Positions 1 to 12,457 of a DNA stretch of 58,022 nt are shown piece after piece; within the stretch, counting starts at the first letter, position 1, and each line of letters begins with the position of its first letter. The stretch covers positions 1-58,022 of the IMG/VR virus record IMGVR_UViG_3300031994_000017; one strand, written 5' to 3'. The stretch comes from a virus (lineage: Duplodnaviria > Heunggongvirae > Uroviricota > Caudoviricetes). The notes beneath the pieces are model-generated. The model was not told the DNA's origin and did no database searches. It saw only the letters and a list, made by a program, of their open reading frames with translations. Position numbers and translations under genes: made by a program.

Positions 1-585
1 TATAAATATAAAGCTAGAAGAATTGTTATTGATGGTAATGGCCTCGGTATTGGCCTGTTGGACTACATGGTAAAACCTCAAGTTAATGTAGAAACTAATG
101 AAACTTTCCCAGATTTTGGTGTTTATGGCGGAACCTAGGATGATGCGGCTATGGAATATAAGAAGTTCCGCACAAGTATATGTGAACAAGATGCCATTTA
201 TGTTGTTAAAGCAACTGCTCCTATAAACACTGAAATGCATACCACCTTACAAGCTCAAATGACTTCTGGTAAAATAAAATTTCTTATTGATGATAGAGTT
301 GCGAAAGCAAAATTAATGAATACTAAAATGGGGCAAAAAATGACTTCAGAATAGAGGGCAGATTACTTAAATCCATTTATCCTAACTTCCATATTAAAAG
401 AGGAGTTAACTAACCTCAAAGAAGAAAATGAAGGAATTAATATTATTTTAAAACAAGCAAATAAAAATATTAAAAAAGATAAAGTATCTGCTTTGGAATA
501 TGGTATTTATTATATAGCTAAAGAGGAAGACGGCAAAAAACGCAAAAAGAAATTTAATGCAAAAGATTGGGCATTTTTTAACTGA
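1..585 (+). CDS. terL: Terminase large subunit, C-terminal nuclease region (5' truncated; 2 in-frame TAG)
   Basis: Frame 1 is open from base 1 to TGA 583-585 if TAG=Gln. Motifs IVIDGNGLGIG and KKDKVSALEYG; lies upstream of portal. Confidence 0.85.
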
Positions 586-597
586 GGAGGGCTTGTA

Positions 598-954
598 ATG
601 TTAGCAAGTAGAGGCGAAATTAAAATACATGAAATTTTAGAAAAAGCTGGTTTAGATTTTAAAGAAGAATATATTATTGAAGGATTAAATAGTCCGAATG
701 GACGCCCTTTGCGCTTTGATTTTGCAATTTTTGATGATGATGGGAATTTAGATTTTTTAATTGAATATCAAGGAAAACAACATTATGAAGCAAGTGCTAA
801 ATATGGCGGAAAAAGAGGGCTATATCAACAATAGTTTAATGATAATAAAAAAAGACGTTTTTGCGCCCTTCACAATATCACTCTTTTGGAAATTCCATAT
901 ACAGAAGAAAATTTAATTTCTTATGATTATATAATGTAGCGTGCAGGCTATTGA
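598..954 (+). CDS. Small Vsr/DUF559-like PD-(D/E)xK endonuclease
   Basis: SD GGAGG. LRFDFAIF...LIEYQGKQHY motif; reads through 2 TAG to TGA 952-954. Confidence 0.7.
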
Positions 955-971
955 GAGGTGGGTGAAAAAAG

Positions 972-2540
972 TTGGACGAAAGACAAAAAGAAATCCATGA
1001 AAAAGGATTTGATATGCGGTTAACTGATTATAATAAAATAAAAGTTGGCCCAAAATATATAGAAGATGCAACTATATTAATAAATAATTTATATACTCCA
1101 AGTAGACGAGCGAGATATAGTAAGGCTGATGTTATAAGAGCTTTGGCGGAAAATAATTTACCTAAGTTAAGAGAGATTTCTCGTTTTTTCTATAATACCA
1201 GTGGTATATATAGAAATATTTGCCATTATTATGCTTTTATGTATAGATATGACTGGTATGTGGCTGCGGAAATTTTAGATAAAGAAACTGATAGTAAAAA
1301 AGTTGAAAAAGATTTTTTTAAATTATTGGGATATTTAGATAATTCTTAGATTAAGCGTATTTGCGGAGAAATGGCATTAAAAACTATCAGAGATGGAGCA
1401 TATTATGCTTATATTGTCCCTTGCGCAGATAAATTAGTGTTACAAGAATTACCTGTTAATTATTGTCGTGTAAGATATAATGTAGGTGTTGACCCAGCAG
1501 TAGAATTTAATTTAAGATTTTTTGATGAAGCATTTCCCACATATGAATATCGTATGAAGGTATTAAAAATGTTCCCTAAGGAGTTTTATAAAGCTTACAT
1601 GCTTTATCTTAAACGAAAATTAAAAAATGACCCTTGGGACGTCGATGATGGTTGGTATTTATTACAGCCGGGTAGTTGTGTGCGGTTCAGTCTCTTTAAC
1701 AATCCGGAAATCCCTATGTTCGCCAATGCGATTCCATTAATTATGGACTTAGACGCAGCATAGGATCTTGATCGCCAAAAGCAAATGCAAAAATTATTAA
1801 AAATTTTAATTCAAAAATTACCTTTGGATAAAAATGATGATTTGGTATTTGATGTAGATGAAGCAAGAGATATTCATAAAAATGCTGTTGAAATGCTGAA
1901 GAATGCTATTGGAGTTGATGTTCTTACCACTTTCGCGGATGTTAAAGTAGAAGATATGTCTGATTCTAATACTACTACGACTTAGGATGATTTAAAGAAA
2001 ATTGAACGCACTGTGTTTAATGCTTTTGGTACTTCTTAGAATATTTTTAATGCCGAAGGAAATTTAGCAGTAACTAATTCAATTCTTCAAGATGAATCAT
2101 TGATGCGGAATTTGTTATTACAATTTAATGCGTTTTTTAGTAGAGTCACATCAGCATTTACAGCCAACAGAAAAAAATATAATTTTAAATTATATATGTT
2201 AGAAACTACTCAGTATAATTACAAAGAATTATCAAAGATGTATAAAGAATAGGCTACTACAGGTAACTCAAAAATGTTGCCGCAGATTGCTTTAGGACAG
2301 TCTTAGAGCTTTATTCTTCATAGTGCTTATTTTGAAAATGAAATTCTTGATTTGCCGTCTTTGATGATACCTCCTATTATGTCTTCTACATTAAGTGGTT
2401 CAGAAATTTTGGCCAGAAAAGACCAAAGAAATAGCGAGAAAAATCAAAATAATACAGAAGAAAAAACTCAAGGTCGGCCAGAAAAAGCTGATAATGAGAA
2501 AAGTGATAAAACAATCGCTAACCGAGAGTCAATGGGATAA
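972..2540 (+). CDS. Portal protein (~522 aa)
   Basis: ORF pieces 972, 1371, 1785 and 2352 share one frame, separated only by TAG; ends TAA. Position between terL and protease; size fits. Confidence 0.8.
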
Positions 2541-2554
2541 GGAGGTAAATAAGA

Positions 2555-3835
2555 ATGCCAAGACATGAAAGTGTTCCTGTTTTATCTTCAGTTGAATTAA
2601 TTGATATTGCCCCTTCTGAACATAGTCCTCTTGTAAGTAAATGTGTTATAAAAGTTTGTTATGTAAGTGATAAGCCAAATCGCAATGGAAGTATTATTAC
2701 TAAAAATACCGCGAAAAAAATGGCCCCAACTTTAAGGGGAGCTATTATTGCTGGATATTATAACAAAGAAAAGTAGGACTTTGAAGAACATAATCGTTCT
2801 TTTGAAATATCTAATGGTGAAGTTAAAGTGACTGATTTAACTCGTCCTTATGGCTTCGTTGATATTAACGCAGATGTGTGGTTTTAGAAATTCATTGATG
2901 ATGACAAAGAAGAACGTGAATATATGTGTACTAATGGCTGGCTTTGGACAGAAACCTATCAAGAATGTCAGCGAGTAATTGATGAAGGAAATAATCAATC
3001 TATGGAGTTGGCTAGAAATTTTTTAGATGGTTCTTGGACCAAAGATAATAAAGGGTAGCCAGAATTTTTCATAATAAATGAGGCAGTAATAGAAAAACTT
3101 ACTATTTTAGGTGAAGATGTTGAACCCTGTTTTGAAGGCTCCAGTATTACTGCGGATTTTTCTCTTGGAGCCGATTTTAAAACGCAAGTTTTCAGTTTGT
3201 TAACTGAAATAAAAGAATTATTAGCAGAAGGAGGAGAAAAATCTATGGAGCAAAATACTCCCGATACTGTTGTTGAAGAAAAGATTGAAGAAGAAATTGT
3301 TGAAAATACTGAAGATTTTAAAAAGAAAGAAGAAGAAAAACAACAGGAAGAAAAAGAAACTCCTAAAGCAGAGGAAGATGAAGAATCTTCTGAGAAATAG
3401 GATGAAGAGGATGAAGATGAAAAGAAGAAGAAAACAGATCATGCTCTTCAAGAACAATATAATGCTTTAAATGAGCGTTATGCTGCTTTAGAACAAGAAA
3501 AATTAGCTCTTGAAAATGAACTTTAGGAATTGCGTGAATTTAAAAAGCAAGCAGAACGAGTTCAAAAACAAGAGATGATTGATAGCTTCTTTATGTTATC
3601 CGATGAGGATAAGGCTGATGTTGTAAAAAACATTGATAATTATTCTTTGGATGATATTGAAGCAAAATTATCTGTTATTTGCGTTCGTAATAAGGTTAAT
3701 TTCAATCTTATAGAAGAAAAAGACGAGGAAGAAACTCCTACAGTCTATAATTTAGAGAATGAAAATAACATTGAGCCAGAAATCCCTGATTGGATTAAGG
3801 CTCTAAACGCAGTTGTAGCTGAAAATAATTTTTAA
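2555..3835 (+). CDS. Prohead protease/scaffold (~426 aa)
   Basis: Pieces 2555, 3197 and 3530 share a frame through TAG. Protease-like N-half (TRPYGFVD, GNNQSMEL) plus acidic coiled-coil C-half. Confidence 0.7.
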
Positions 3836-3853
3836 TAAGGAGGATAACATAAA

Positions 3854-4528
3854 ATGGCTAAAACACGTTTAAGTGAAAAAGCTCTTTATGTAGAGCGTGG
3901 TTATGGTCAGGTTGAGCCTAATCATTTGAGTGCTCAACGCAATGGCCAGATTTATGCATAGCTTCCAGCCAAAGCCGATATTGATGTTCTTGAAAATGGT
4001 CAATTTGTAAAATATGATTATAAAGAAGGCGTCGTTGATTTTGATGGTCCTGGTGAATGGATGCTTGTTTTTAATGAAGTAAAACTTTATAGAGATCATT
4101 TAGATTATAATGATTTTGCTATGAAGAAGAGTGATTATGCTGCTAGAGTTTATAGCCCAGTTGGTAGTTTAAAGGGCATCGGTTAGGCTCGTGATTATAG
4201 TAAAGTAGTTACTCCTGCTGATCCTTATGAGCCCGACAGCACTGAGAATCCATTTACTATTACTCAGTGGAATGTTCCTCAGCTTATGCCTGAAAACACT
4301 ACTATGGTTCCTCGTGTTTTTAAGACTAACGTTGGAGATATTTTTACCACAAATACTGTTGCCGCTGAAACATTGGCATTAGGTGACAATTTAGTAGTTG
4401 GTGATGATGGTTATCTTTGCCCCGAAGCTGATGCTGGTCAAAATGCTGGCACAATGAAGTGGCAGGTTGTTAAAGTTTATACTTTACCAGACCGTGAAAA
4501 GGCTGTTAAAGTTATGAGAATCGCTTAA
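3854..4528 (+). CDS. Head decoration/minor capsid protein (~224 aa)
   Basis: ATG 3854 after an SD, in frame with the 4286 piece via TAG; directly upstream of the major capsid. Confidence 0.6.
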
Positions 4529-4548
4529 TAGAAAGGAGAGAAAGTAAA

Positions 4549-5670
4549 ATGGCTTTAGATTTTGAAAATTTATTTTCTTTAATGAAAACTGTAGCTAAGG
4601 CTGATGCTTCTGCTCCTGTAGCTTATAGTTTCAATGGTAAAGATTATTCTTATGAAGCTTTAAATACCACTTTGCGCCAAGAGCTGAATGAAATCGCCGG
4701 CGATTATCGTTCTTTCCGCAAGAATAGTGCTGATGTTTATAGCTTAATTGAACGTGTTGTTGATGACGTTCTTCCCAAGAAAGTTCAAGAGAACTATCAA
4801 ATGTTTGCTGAGGTTCAATCTGTTCCTCAAGGTGATAAAGTTCTGTTCCGTAGAAAGCTTAGTGCTCGTGCTCGTGCCAAGCAGTTTGTAACTCGCGTTG
4901 GTCTTGCTGGCGTCTATGAAGTTTGGAAGCTTGGCGGAGAAGAGAGCTTTGAGGTTCCTACCAGTGCTATTGGTACTGCTGTTCAGATTCCTCTGGAAGA
5001 GTTCCTGGATGGCCGTGTTGATTGGGCTGAAATGCTTGATATCGTCATGGAGGGTATGGATGAACTGATTTATCATGAAATCGGTGCGGCTCTTCGTGCT
5101 TCTATTGATCAACTTCCTGTTAACAATGTCGTTGTTTCTAACGATTTTGATGAAGTTGAATTTGATCGTTTACTGTATATTGCTGATGCTTATGGTCCTT
5201 CCACAATTTATTGTACGATGGAATTTGCGGCTAAGATGATTCCTCATGACACTTGGCGTTACACCGAGCAAATGAAATCTGAGCTGTGGCAGAATGGTCG
5301 TTTAAGTTCTTATAAAGGCCGTAGTGTTGTTATTATGCCTAATGGTATTGAAGATGAAACCAATAGTCGTAAGACTGTTGATTCTTCTTGGTGCTGGATT
5401 CTTCCTGGTGGTGGAGCTAAGCCTGTTAAGGTAGTCTTTGAGGGCGATACTCTGAGCCGTGAAGAGCAGAATCATGACTGGAGCCGTGATATTCATATCT
5501 ATAAGAAGGTCGGCGTTGCCGCAATGATGACCAATGATATTTGTGTTTATCGTGATACTTCTTTAGGTGATATGAATATTACTAGTTTGAACTATAACGC
5601 TGGTATTGACGCAGTTAATACTGAAGTTTCTGTTGTTGACAATGAGCCCGATGAAGGAGACGGCGATTAA
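4549..5670 (+). CDS. Major capsid protein (373 aa, no TAG)
   Basis: Intact ORF, strong SD, biased codon usage, head-module position, followed by a terminator. Confidence 0.85.
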   Translation: MALDFENLFSLMKTVAKADASAPVAYSFNGKDYSYEALNTTLRQELNEIAGDYRSFRKNSADVYSLIERVVDDVLPKKVQENYQMFAEVQSVPQGDKVLFRRKLSARARAKQFVTRVGLAGVYEVWKLGGEESFEVPTSAIGTAVQIPLEEFLDGRVDWAEMLDIVMEGMDELIYHEIGAALRASIDQLPVNNVVVSNDFDEVEFDRLLYIADAYGPSTIYCTMEFAAKMIPHDTWRYTEQMKSELWQNGRLSSYKGRSVVIMPNGIEDETNSRKTVDSSWCWILPGGGAKPVKVVFEGDTLSREEQNHDWSRDIHIYKKVGVAAMMTNDICVYRDTSLGDMNITSLNYNAGIDAVNTEVSVVDNEPDEGDGD

Positions 5671-5682
5671 TAATTAATTAAT

Positions 5683-5719
5683 GGGGAGAGGAATTAAATC
5701 TCCTCTCCCCAATATTTTT
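5683..5719 (+). terminator. Intrinsic terminator after capsid gene
   Basis: GGGGAGAGGA / TCCTCTCCCC 10-bp stem, then AATATTTTT. Confidence 0.7.
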
Positions 5720-5742
5720 AAGAGAAAAAGGAGTAATTGAAT

Positions 5743-6324
5743 ATGTCTATTAATAATGATACCATGTATAAAGTAAAAAATCGTAGTGGCGGAAAGGTTG
5801 CTTATACCGTTCAGTATGGTGGGAATAAAATTCATTAGGTTTTTAACCCTGGTGAAGTTAAAGTTGTTCCATATGCGGAACTACGACAATTATCTTATCA
5901 ACATGGTGGCCCAGAATTGATTTATAATTATTTACAAGTTAATTCTGTTAAAGTATTAAATTCTTTAAATTTAAATCCAGAACCTGAGTATTACATGAAT
6001 GAAGCTCAAGTAAAGGATCTTTTGATAAATGGTAGTTTAGATGCTTTTTTGGATTGTCTTGATTTCGCCCCAACTGGCGTTATTGATTTAATTAAAAAGT
6101 ATGCTGTAGAATTGCCTCTCAACGATTATGAAAAACGGCAAGCTATTTTAAAGCAGCTTAATTTTAATGTTGATAAAGCTATTGAGAATGATAGAGCTTC
6201 TAAAGAGAATGAAACTCCTAAAGAGGCTCCTACACGGCGAGTTACAGAAAAGAAAGAAGAAACTTCTAACAACGTTCCACAGCGTCGTACCGCTTCCAAG
6301 TATATTGTACCTAATGAACAGTAA
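5743..6324 (+). CDS. Head-module hypothetical protein (~193 aa, 1 TAG)
   Basis: ATG 5743 after AAGGAG, in frame with the 5917 piece; ends TAA. Confidence 0.7.
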
Positions 6325-6346
6325 TTAAATGGAAGGAGGTTGTAAA

Positions 6347-6907
6347 ATGGCGACACCTTTCACTGTTATTTATGACCGTTTCCTTGGAAAAGTTACTGAT
6401 GATATGTATTTGGAATTAACTCTTGAAGATACTATAAGAGATTTATAGAATATTTTTATTTAGGCTATTCCAGATTTTGAATTTCCTCGTTTTGATTTGT
6501 ATGATTATGAATTAGAGTAGGAAGAAATCACTTTGGATGAAGTTCCTGTTGGTGCTTTCATAATTAAATAGGATCAAGAAGAAGGAATATGTATAATAGA
6601 TAAATCTCATTATAATATTGATTTAACTTCTGAAGAAATTAATATTATTGCGATTTTGATGAAAAAAAATTGGATTGAAAGATAGTTAAACTCTATTGAA
6701 AATATAAGAATGAAATATAGCGGAAGTGATTTTAAATTTACTTCTTAGGCTAACCACATGGCGAAATTATAGTCTTTGCTAACTGAGTCTAGACGAGATT
6801 CAATTCATATGTAGAGACTGTATAAACGTAGACGTCCTACAAATAGTAAAGGCGGTTTTGAGTCTAACTGGGATGTCTTACGAGAGGATAGCGCAATTGA
6901 CTACTAA
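6347..6907 (+). CDS. Putative head-tail adaptor (~186 aa)
   Basis: Not in the ORF track. ATG after GGAGG, open to TAA if TAG=Gln (MATPFTVIYDRFLGK...KYSGSDFKFTS[Q]ANH). Function from position. Confidence 0.6.
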
Positions 6908-7199
6908 ATATAATTTTGATATTTCAATAGACAGTTTTAAAAAAAATAATATTCGGCTTATTAATCAAATGTGGAAATTAATTCCTATGCGGGAAAATAA
7001 TGAAGACTGGCAAAAACAATTAGATACAGTAATATTAGAAGTTGCGGGATTGAGTGAAATTTTTTACTTAACTCCGCAATTTTTATAGCTATGGAGTAAA
7101 CTAGAGGGTTTAAAAATAGTTGAACTTTCTTTTTCATTTTATAGAAGAACTGTATTTGAATGCATAAATTTGCTTTAGGAGATTGAAAATGCCTTATAA
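6897..7199 (+). CDS. Neck-region hypothetical protein (~100 aa)
   Basis: TTG start after GAGGA overlapping the previous stop; 2 TAG; ends TAA. Confidence 0.6.
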
Positions 7200-8214
7200 T
7201 CTAAATTATATAGCGCATCATTTGAAAGAGCGGCCAGAAAATTATTTAAAAATTAACAATCCAAATATAGATTAGGCTTATTTAAAAAGAATGTTCGGCG
7301 GTGAAATGTAGCAATAGCGCATGATCGCTGATAAATTAAAAAGTTTTGATAGAGCATTAATTTCTTCATATCAAAGAGCTTTTGTTCAAAAACAAGGAGA
7401 AGATCGTATTACCAAAGCACTTATTAATCCAGACAAGTTAAAACAGGATTATGATGATAAAATTTTTTCTATTCGTTATGAAGAAGGTTATAAACCGGGA
7501 GATGTTTTTGAATGGAAAAATACTAAAACTTTTTGGATTATTTATTTATAGGATATAGATGAATTAGCTTATTTTAGAGGAAGTATTAGACGCTGTAATT
7601 ATCATATTAGATGGAAAGATACTGATGGCGTTATAAGAGAAACTTATGCCGCCGAAAGAGGTCCAGTAGAAACTAAAATTAATTATATTCAAAAAGTTGG
7701 CATTAGTGTAGATAGACCTAATTACTCTTTAAATATATTAATGCCCAAAACCCAAGCAACATTAGATTATTTTGTTAGATACGCAAAATTTTATTTACCT
7801 GATACAAATATGCCAGATAAAGAGATATGTTGGCGCGTAGAAGCTGTCAATTCAATTAGCACTCCTGGTATTTTAGAGATTGCGGCTGTAGAGTATTATG
7901 CGAATGAATTTGAAGATGATGTTGAGTAGGGCATAGCTAAAGGAAAAATTTTAACTAAAACTGAATAGATAGAATTAGTTGATGAAGAAGAAAAAATTAT
8001 TGGTGAAGTTTTTATCAAACCAAGGATTAGTAAAACTTATAAATACTTAGGTGCGGAAAATGCCGATTGGGAATTTGATAAAAAATTACCAATTTAGATA
8101 ATAGAAAAAAATGATAAAACTATTACAATTAAGTGGAATTCATCTTATAGTGGATAGTTTGATTTGAGTTATGGTGAAGCGGTTAAAACCATTGTTGTTG
8201 AATCGCTGTTTTGA
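7189..8214 (+). CDS. Putative head closure/neck protein (~341 aa)
   Basis: Pieces 7321 and 7741 share the frame from ATG 7189; ends TGA (KTIVVESLF). Confidence 0.6.
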
Positions 8215-8231
8215 GAGAGAGGAGTTTTAAG

Positions 8232-8822
8232 ATGAAGATAGAAAATTATTAGTTTCCTAAATCAAGTTTTCTATCAATGGACAAGGACTACGGAATTATT
8301 TTTAATTGGATGATGAAAAATAATCGTTTAAAGAAGTTGCTTTATTATACAACTCCCGATTGTTTAGATCGTCCTAATTTAACCGAAGAACAAAGTGCGG
8401 AGTTATTTGGTAAAAATATAAAAATTGTTCCTAAATTATCAGTTGATGGAAAAGTTTTAGCTTATATTATCATTTCTTTTGATAATTTTACTCCTAGCGG
8501 CAATCCAGAATTTAGAGATAATATTATTACTTTTGATATTATTTGCCATTTTGATTAGTGGCAACTAAAAGATTTTGAATTGCGGCCTTATAAAATTGCT
8601 GCGGAAATTGATTCAATGTTTAATAATAAACATTTATCTGGAATTGGTTTGTTGCAGTTTTTAGGAGCAAATTAGATTATTTTAACTGATGAATTTGCTG
8701 GTTTAACTTTAATGTATTAGGCAGTTCATAGAGATGATGATACCAAAAATGCTCCAGTAGGAAAAACTGATAAAGAACTAAAAGATAACTTTAACGAATT
8801 GTTTAATAATAAAAATGGTTGA
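8232..8822 (+). CDS. Putative tail terminator/completion protein (~196 aa)
   Basis: ATG 8232, TAG at codon 7, open to TGA; lies before the tail genes. Confidence 0.55.
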
Positions 8823-9540
8823 TACTTTAGTTTTAATGACTGGAATAGATATTCCTATTCCAGACCTTAAGATTATTATGCATTAGCCAACTTGTAAAGA
8901 AATAGCTATGGCAGGTCGTGAAAGTTATTTATTAGGAGCTTAGTGTTTATGTCTGGATAAAAATTCTTTTTCTTAGGACAAATCTCTTTTAGCTAATGCC
9001 ACTAATTTTCAAATATTTATGACGATAATGACTGACGATTAGGGAAAAGAAAGAAAACAAGATGTTATAAATGCTTTATAGTTATTTTTCCCCAATTATT
9101 CTCCTAAATTTCTTCCTCGCAGTTTAGGATTATTTAATCTTGAAACAAAAGAAATGACTGTTATAGATGAGAATAATTTTGAATTGTTACAAGAATACAT
9201 AAAAGATGTTATTTGTATGAAATAGGACGAGGATGATTTTAATCCGCAAAAAGGTAAAGCTGAAGAGATTGCGGAAAAGCTGCGGAGAGGCCGTTAGCGC
9301 ATAGCCGCCTAGCGTCAAGCGGAAAATGGCGGTGATTTATTTACATAGTATATCTCTGTTATTACAGTAGGTATTGGTTCAATGTCTTTGTAGGATGCTA
9401 TGAATTTAACTATGTTTTAGTTATATGATTTAGTAGAGAGATATGCTTTATATAATGCCTGGGATATTGATGTTCGCGCACGTATGGCTGGTGCGAAGAT
9501 TGATAAAGAACCAGACAATTGGATGAAATCCATACACTAA
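8815..9540 (+). CDS. Tail-module hypothetical, possible assembly chaperone (~241 aa)
   Basis: Not in the ORF track; open only if TAG=Gln; ends TAA 9538-9540. Confidence 0.6.
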
Positions 9541-9573
9541 AAAAATAAATTTTTATAAGGAGGACAAAAACTT

Positions 9574-10809
9574 ATGAAATTTGGTGTTCGTGAATGTTGT
9601 GACGTCGTTCTGCGTGCCAAAGGCACTCAGAAAGTCGGTAATAAGATTTTCTATAAGAATGAACCAGTTATTTATTTCGATACTTTAAAAACCTCCAGTC
9701 TTGAAGGTGCTGCCACTACTGTTTATGCTCAAGGCGGTCGTGGTAATGCTCGTTTAATGTCTTGGGACGGTGAAAGAACTCTTACATGGACTATGGAAGA
9801 TGCTCTTATTTCTCCTATTGGTCTTATGATTTTAACCGGAGCCGGACTTATTGATAGTCCAGCTAAAAATAGTAATAAAGAAGGTATTATTGTTCATACT
9901 ACAGAACAAATTCAATTATCTGATGCTAATTTTGCTTTATTAAATAATAATGCTGGTTATAAAATTCTTTTGTCTGAAAATCCCTATGACCCTAAAGATT
10001 CTAGTAATCATTATACAGCTGATAATATTTATGTCATGAGATTAGATTCTAATGGTGATATTATTTCTGAGCCATTTATTGGTACTGCTACTGCTGATTC
10101 TAAATGGATTGAAATTAAGGCTCGAGATCGTTATGATGACGCTGGTAATAAGTGGGAATATGGTAAAAATTTAGATGAAGTCGGCGGTTTTGCTCGTCAC
10201 ACTAAAGGATTAGCTAAAGATGATGTAGTTCTTGTTGACTATTATCGTGAAGTAAGAGGAATTGGTGCGGCCCAAGAAATTAATATTACTCCTGATAAAT
10301 TCGGTGGTAGTTATTATCTTGAAGCTTCTACTCTTTTCCGTAATGAAGATGGTCTTGATATGCCTGCGGAATTTATTATTCCTAACTGCCGCGTTCAGTC
10401 TAATTTTACCTTTACATTGGCTTCTAATGGTGATCCTTCAAGCTTTACTTTCACCATGGACTGCTTCCCTGACTATACTCGTTGGAACAAAACTGAAAAA
10501 GTCCTTGCTACAATTCAGGTTATTACTGAGGGCACTGGTGCCGGTAATGAGTTAATGCGTCTTGAAACTAACCACCATGGAGTTTATGTCCATGAGAATC
10601 TTGACGGTACTATTACAGATGAGCGTTATGCGGCCTAGGCTGGTTCTAATAAGAGTGAAACTGATTATCCTGCTGAAACTGATGGCGCTATTGGCGGATA
10701 TGCTGCTTATCATACCAGTGATAGTGATGTAGCTACTTTTGCTGGTTTTAATGATGACAAAGAGCCAGCAGATAGTAATGGTTCTGCACTTGGAAAGATT
10801 TCGGGTTAA
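9574..10809 (+). CDS. Major tail tube protein (354 aa to TAG; 411 aa with readthrough)
   Basis: Strong SD, biased codons, IYFDTLKTSSLEG...VYAQGGRGN motif. One TAG (10636-10638), then 56 more codons to TAA. Confidence 0.75.
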
Positions 10810-10846
10810 TCAATTACAATAAATAAATAAAACAACAATATTTTTA

Positions 10847-10880
10847 AAAAGGAGGAAGTTTTGGACTTCCTCCTTTTATT
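10847..10880 (+). terminator. Intrinsic terminator after tail tube gene
   Basis: AAAAGGAGGAAGT / ACTTCCTCCTTTT 13-bp stem. Confidence 0.75.
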
Positions 10881-10916
10881 TATTATGCGAAAATGAGGAA
10901 AAGGAGGTAAGTATAT

Positions 10917-12386
10917 TTGATTACTAGTGCTTCAAAAATTAGTTAGCTTTTTAAATATTCATATAAATTAACTCCAGAACTTGTTTTATCAGCTGCTCAT
11001 TCTAAACTTATTCGTTCATATGGAGAAAAAAATGATGAGGTAAGAAAAGAATTAGAAATAAATTTAACAAATTATTATTATCCAAAAAATAATTCTACTG
11101 GAATAGATTCTACTTTAAGAGCAGAATTAATAAGATTAAGAGGAGAATTTATCACAAATAATATAAAACAAATGGTTGTTGATCCTTAGTTAAGAGCTGA
11201 AGCAGGAACTACTAAAAGAATGGGTACAAAAAGTCATTCAAAAAAAATGGAAATTTTAACTTATAATACAAGATATCAATAGATATAGGATATTTTAAAA
11301 ATGATTGTAAGTACAGGCGGTTTAAAAAATTAGAATAATTTAATTCAATAGGCTGAATAGTTATTAAAAGATATGAGTCAAGAATTATTAAATTTAGCAA
11401 GTGGTTCTGAAGAAGCAAATTTAAGAATGACTAAAATTTATTTTTTCTAGGAAAGAGGTAATTTATTTTAGCAAATTGATGAGGTGTATAATCTATTATT
11501 TTAGTAGAATAATATTTCTAATATTATAGGTGAATCTTTTGAAAGAGAGGCAAGAGCACTTGATTATATTTTTAATGCCGTTAAAGAAAAAAATATAGAT
11601 GTTATGTTAAAAAATGTTGAAGAACAATTTAATAAAAAAACAACTGGATCTGAATGGGTAAAACGTGATAATATTACTGTTTCAGATATTTTTGTTCAAA
11701 GAAAATAGACAGAAACAGTAATGGAAAAAGGAGAAGAAAAAGAGCAAGTGCATTATACAATTTAGTCTTCTTCTGGTAATGTTGATATTTCCGGCTACTT
11801 ACAAGATAGATAGGGAAAAGTTGACTATATTTTTAATGAAAACGATCCAAAAAGAAGTTTGTATGCTTCTTTAAAAACTTGGGGAGCTGATATAAGTGAG
11901 CGTGATTTTGGTAAAACTTCTTTAATGTCTGGTTTATTAAGAGGTAGTTCAGTTGATGCAGCTTTATCTTATGGTTTAGTATTAGGATGGTATAATCCTC
12001 AAGGAAGATTAAGACCTGCTACAGGATTGGCAGCTTTTCATCAATATGCTAAAGCTTGTCTTTTTATAGATCTTGTAAGCGGTATTTCTTAGCAAATAGG
12101 AAGTTTTGCTGATACTTTAGTAATAAATGATAGAAGTTAGAGAAGAATAAGAGTTATATCTGTGCCTAATTTAATTTAGAAAGTATTAGGAAATTTAGAA
12201 AGTTTAGATTTATATATCACAGAAGAGAAATCTGGAAAAAGTCTTGAATCAGCTGTTGATTCTATATCTATATATTCTGAGAATCAAAAAACAATTTAGT
12301 CTAATGGTTATTTAAATTCTTTGATTACACAAATGGGTCAAATAAAATTAAAATTATCGGGTGGTATTTTAAAGTTAGCTGATTAA
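10917..12386 (+). CDS. Hypothetical protein (~489 aa), possible restriction-endonuclease fold
   Basis: TTG after AGGAGGT, open to TAA with many TAG; motifs IGESFE, GKVDYIF, ASLKTW. Confidence 0.6.
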
Positions 12387-12393
12387 ATAAAAA

Positions 12394-12422
12394 TTGACAA
12401 TTACAAAATTTTTTGTTATAAT
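12394..12422 (+). promoter_or_regulatory. Consensus sigmaA promoter with extended -10
   Basis: TTGACA-17 nt-TATAAT, with TG immediately upstream (TGTTATAAT). Confidence 0.85.
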
Positions 12423-12457
12423 ATATATATACAAAGAGTAAAAGGAGGAGTATAAAA

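Noticed and set aside
3221-3470. ORFs 3221..3457(-) and 3270..3470(+)
   Set aside because: Shadows of the GAA/AAA-rich scaffold region.
4744-6356. Antisense ORFs 4744..5112, 5302..5496, 6126..6356
   Set aside because: Opposite real genes; no SD or recognisable motifs.
9519-9560. Possible fifth late motif (TTGGATGAA...TTTTTATA) before the tail tube gene
   Set aside because: Lacks the conserved C, spacing is 36, and it is explained by a Trp codon plus the SD region.
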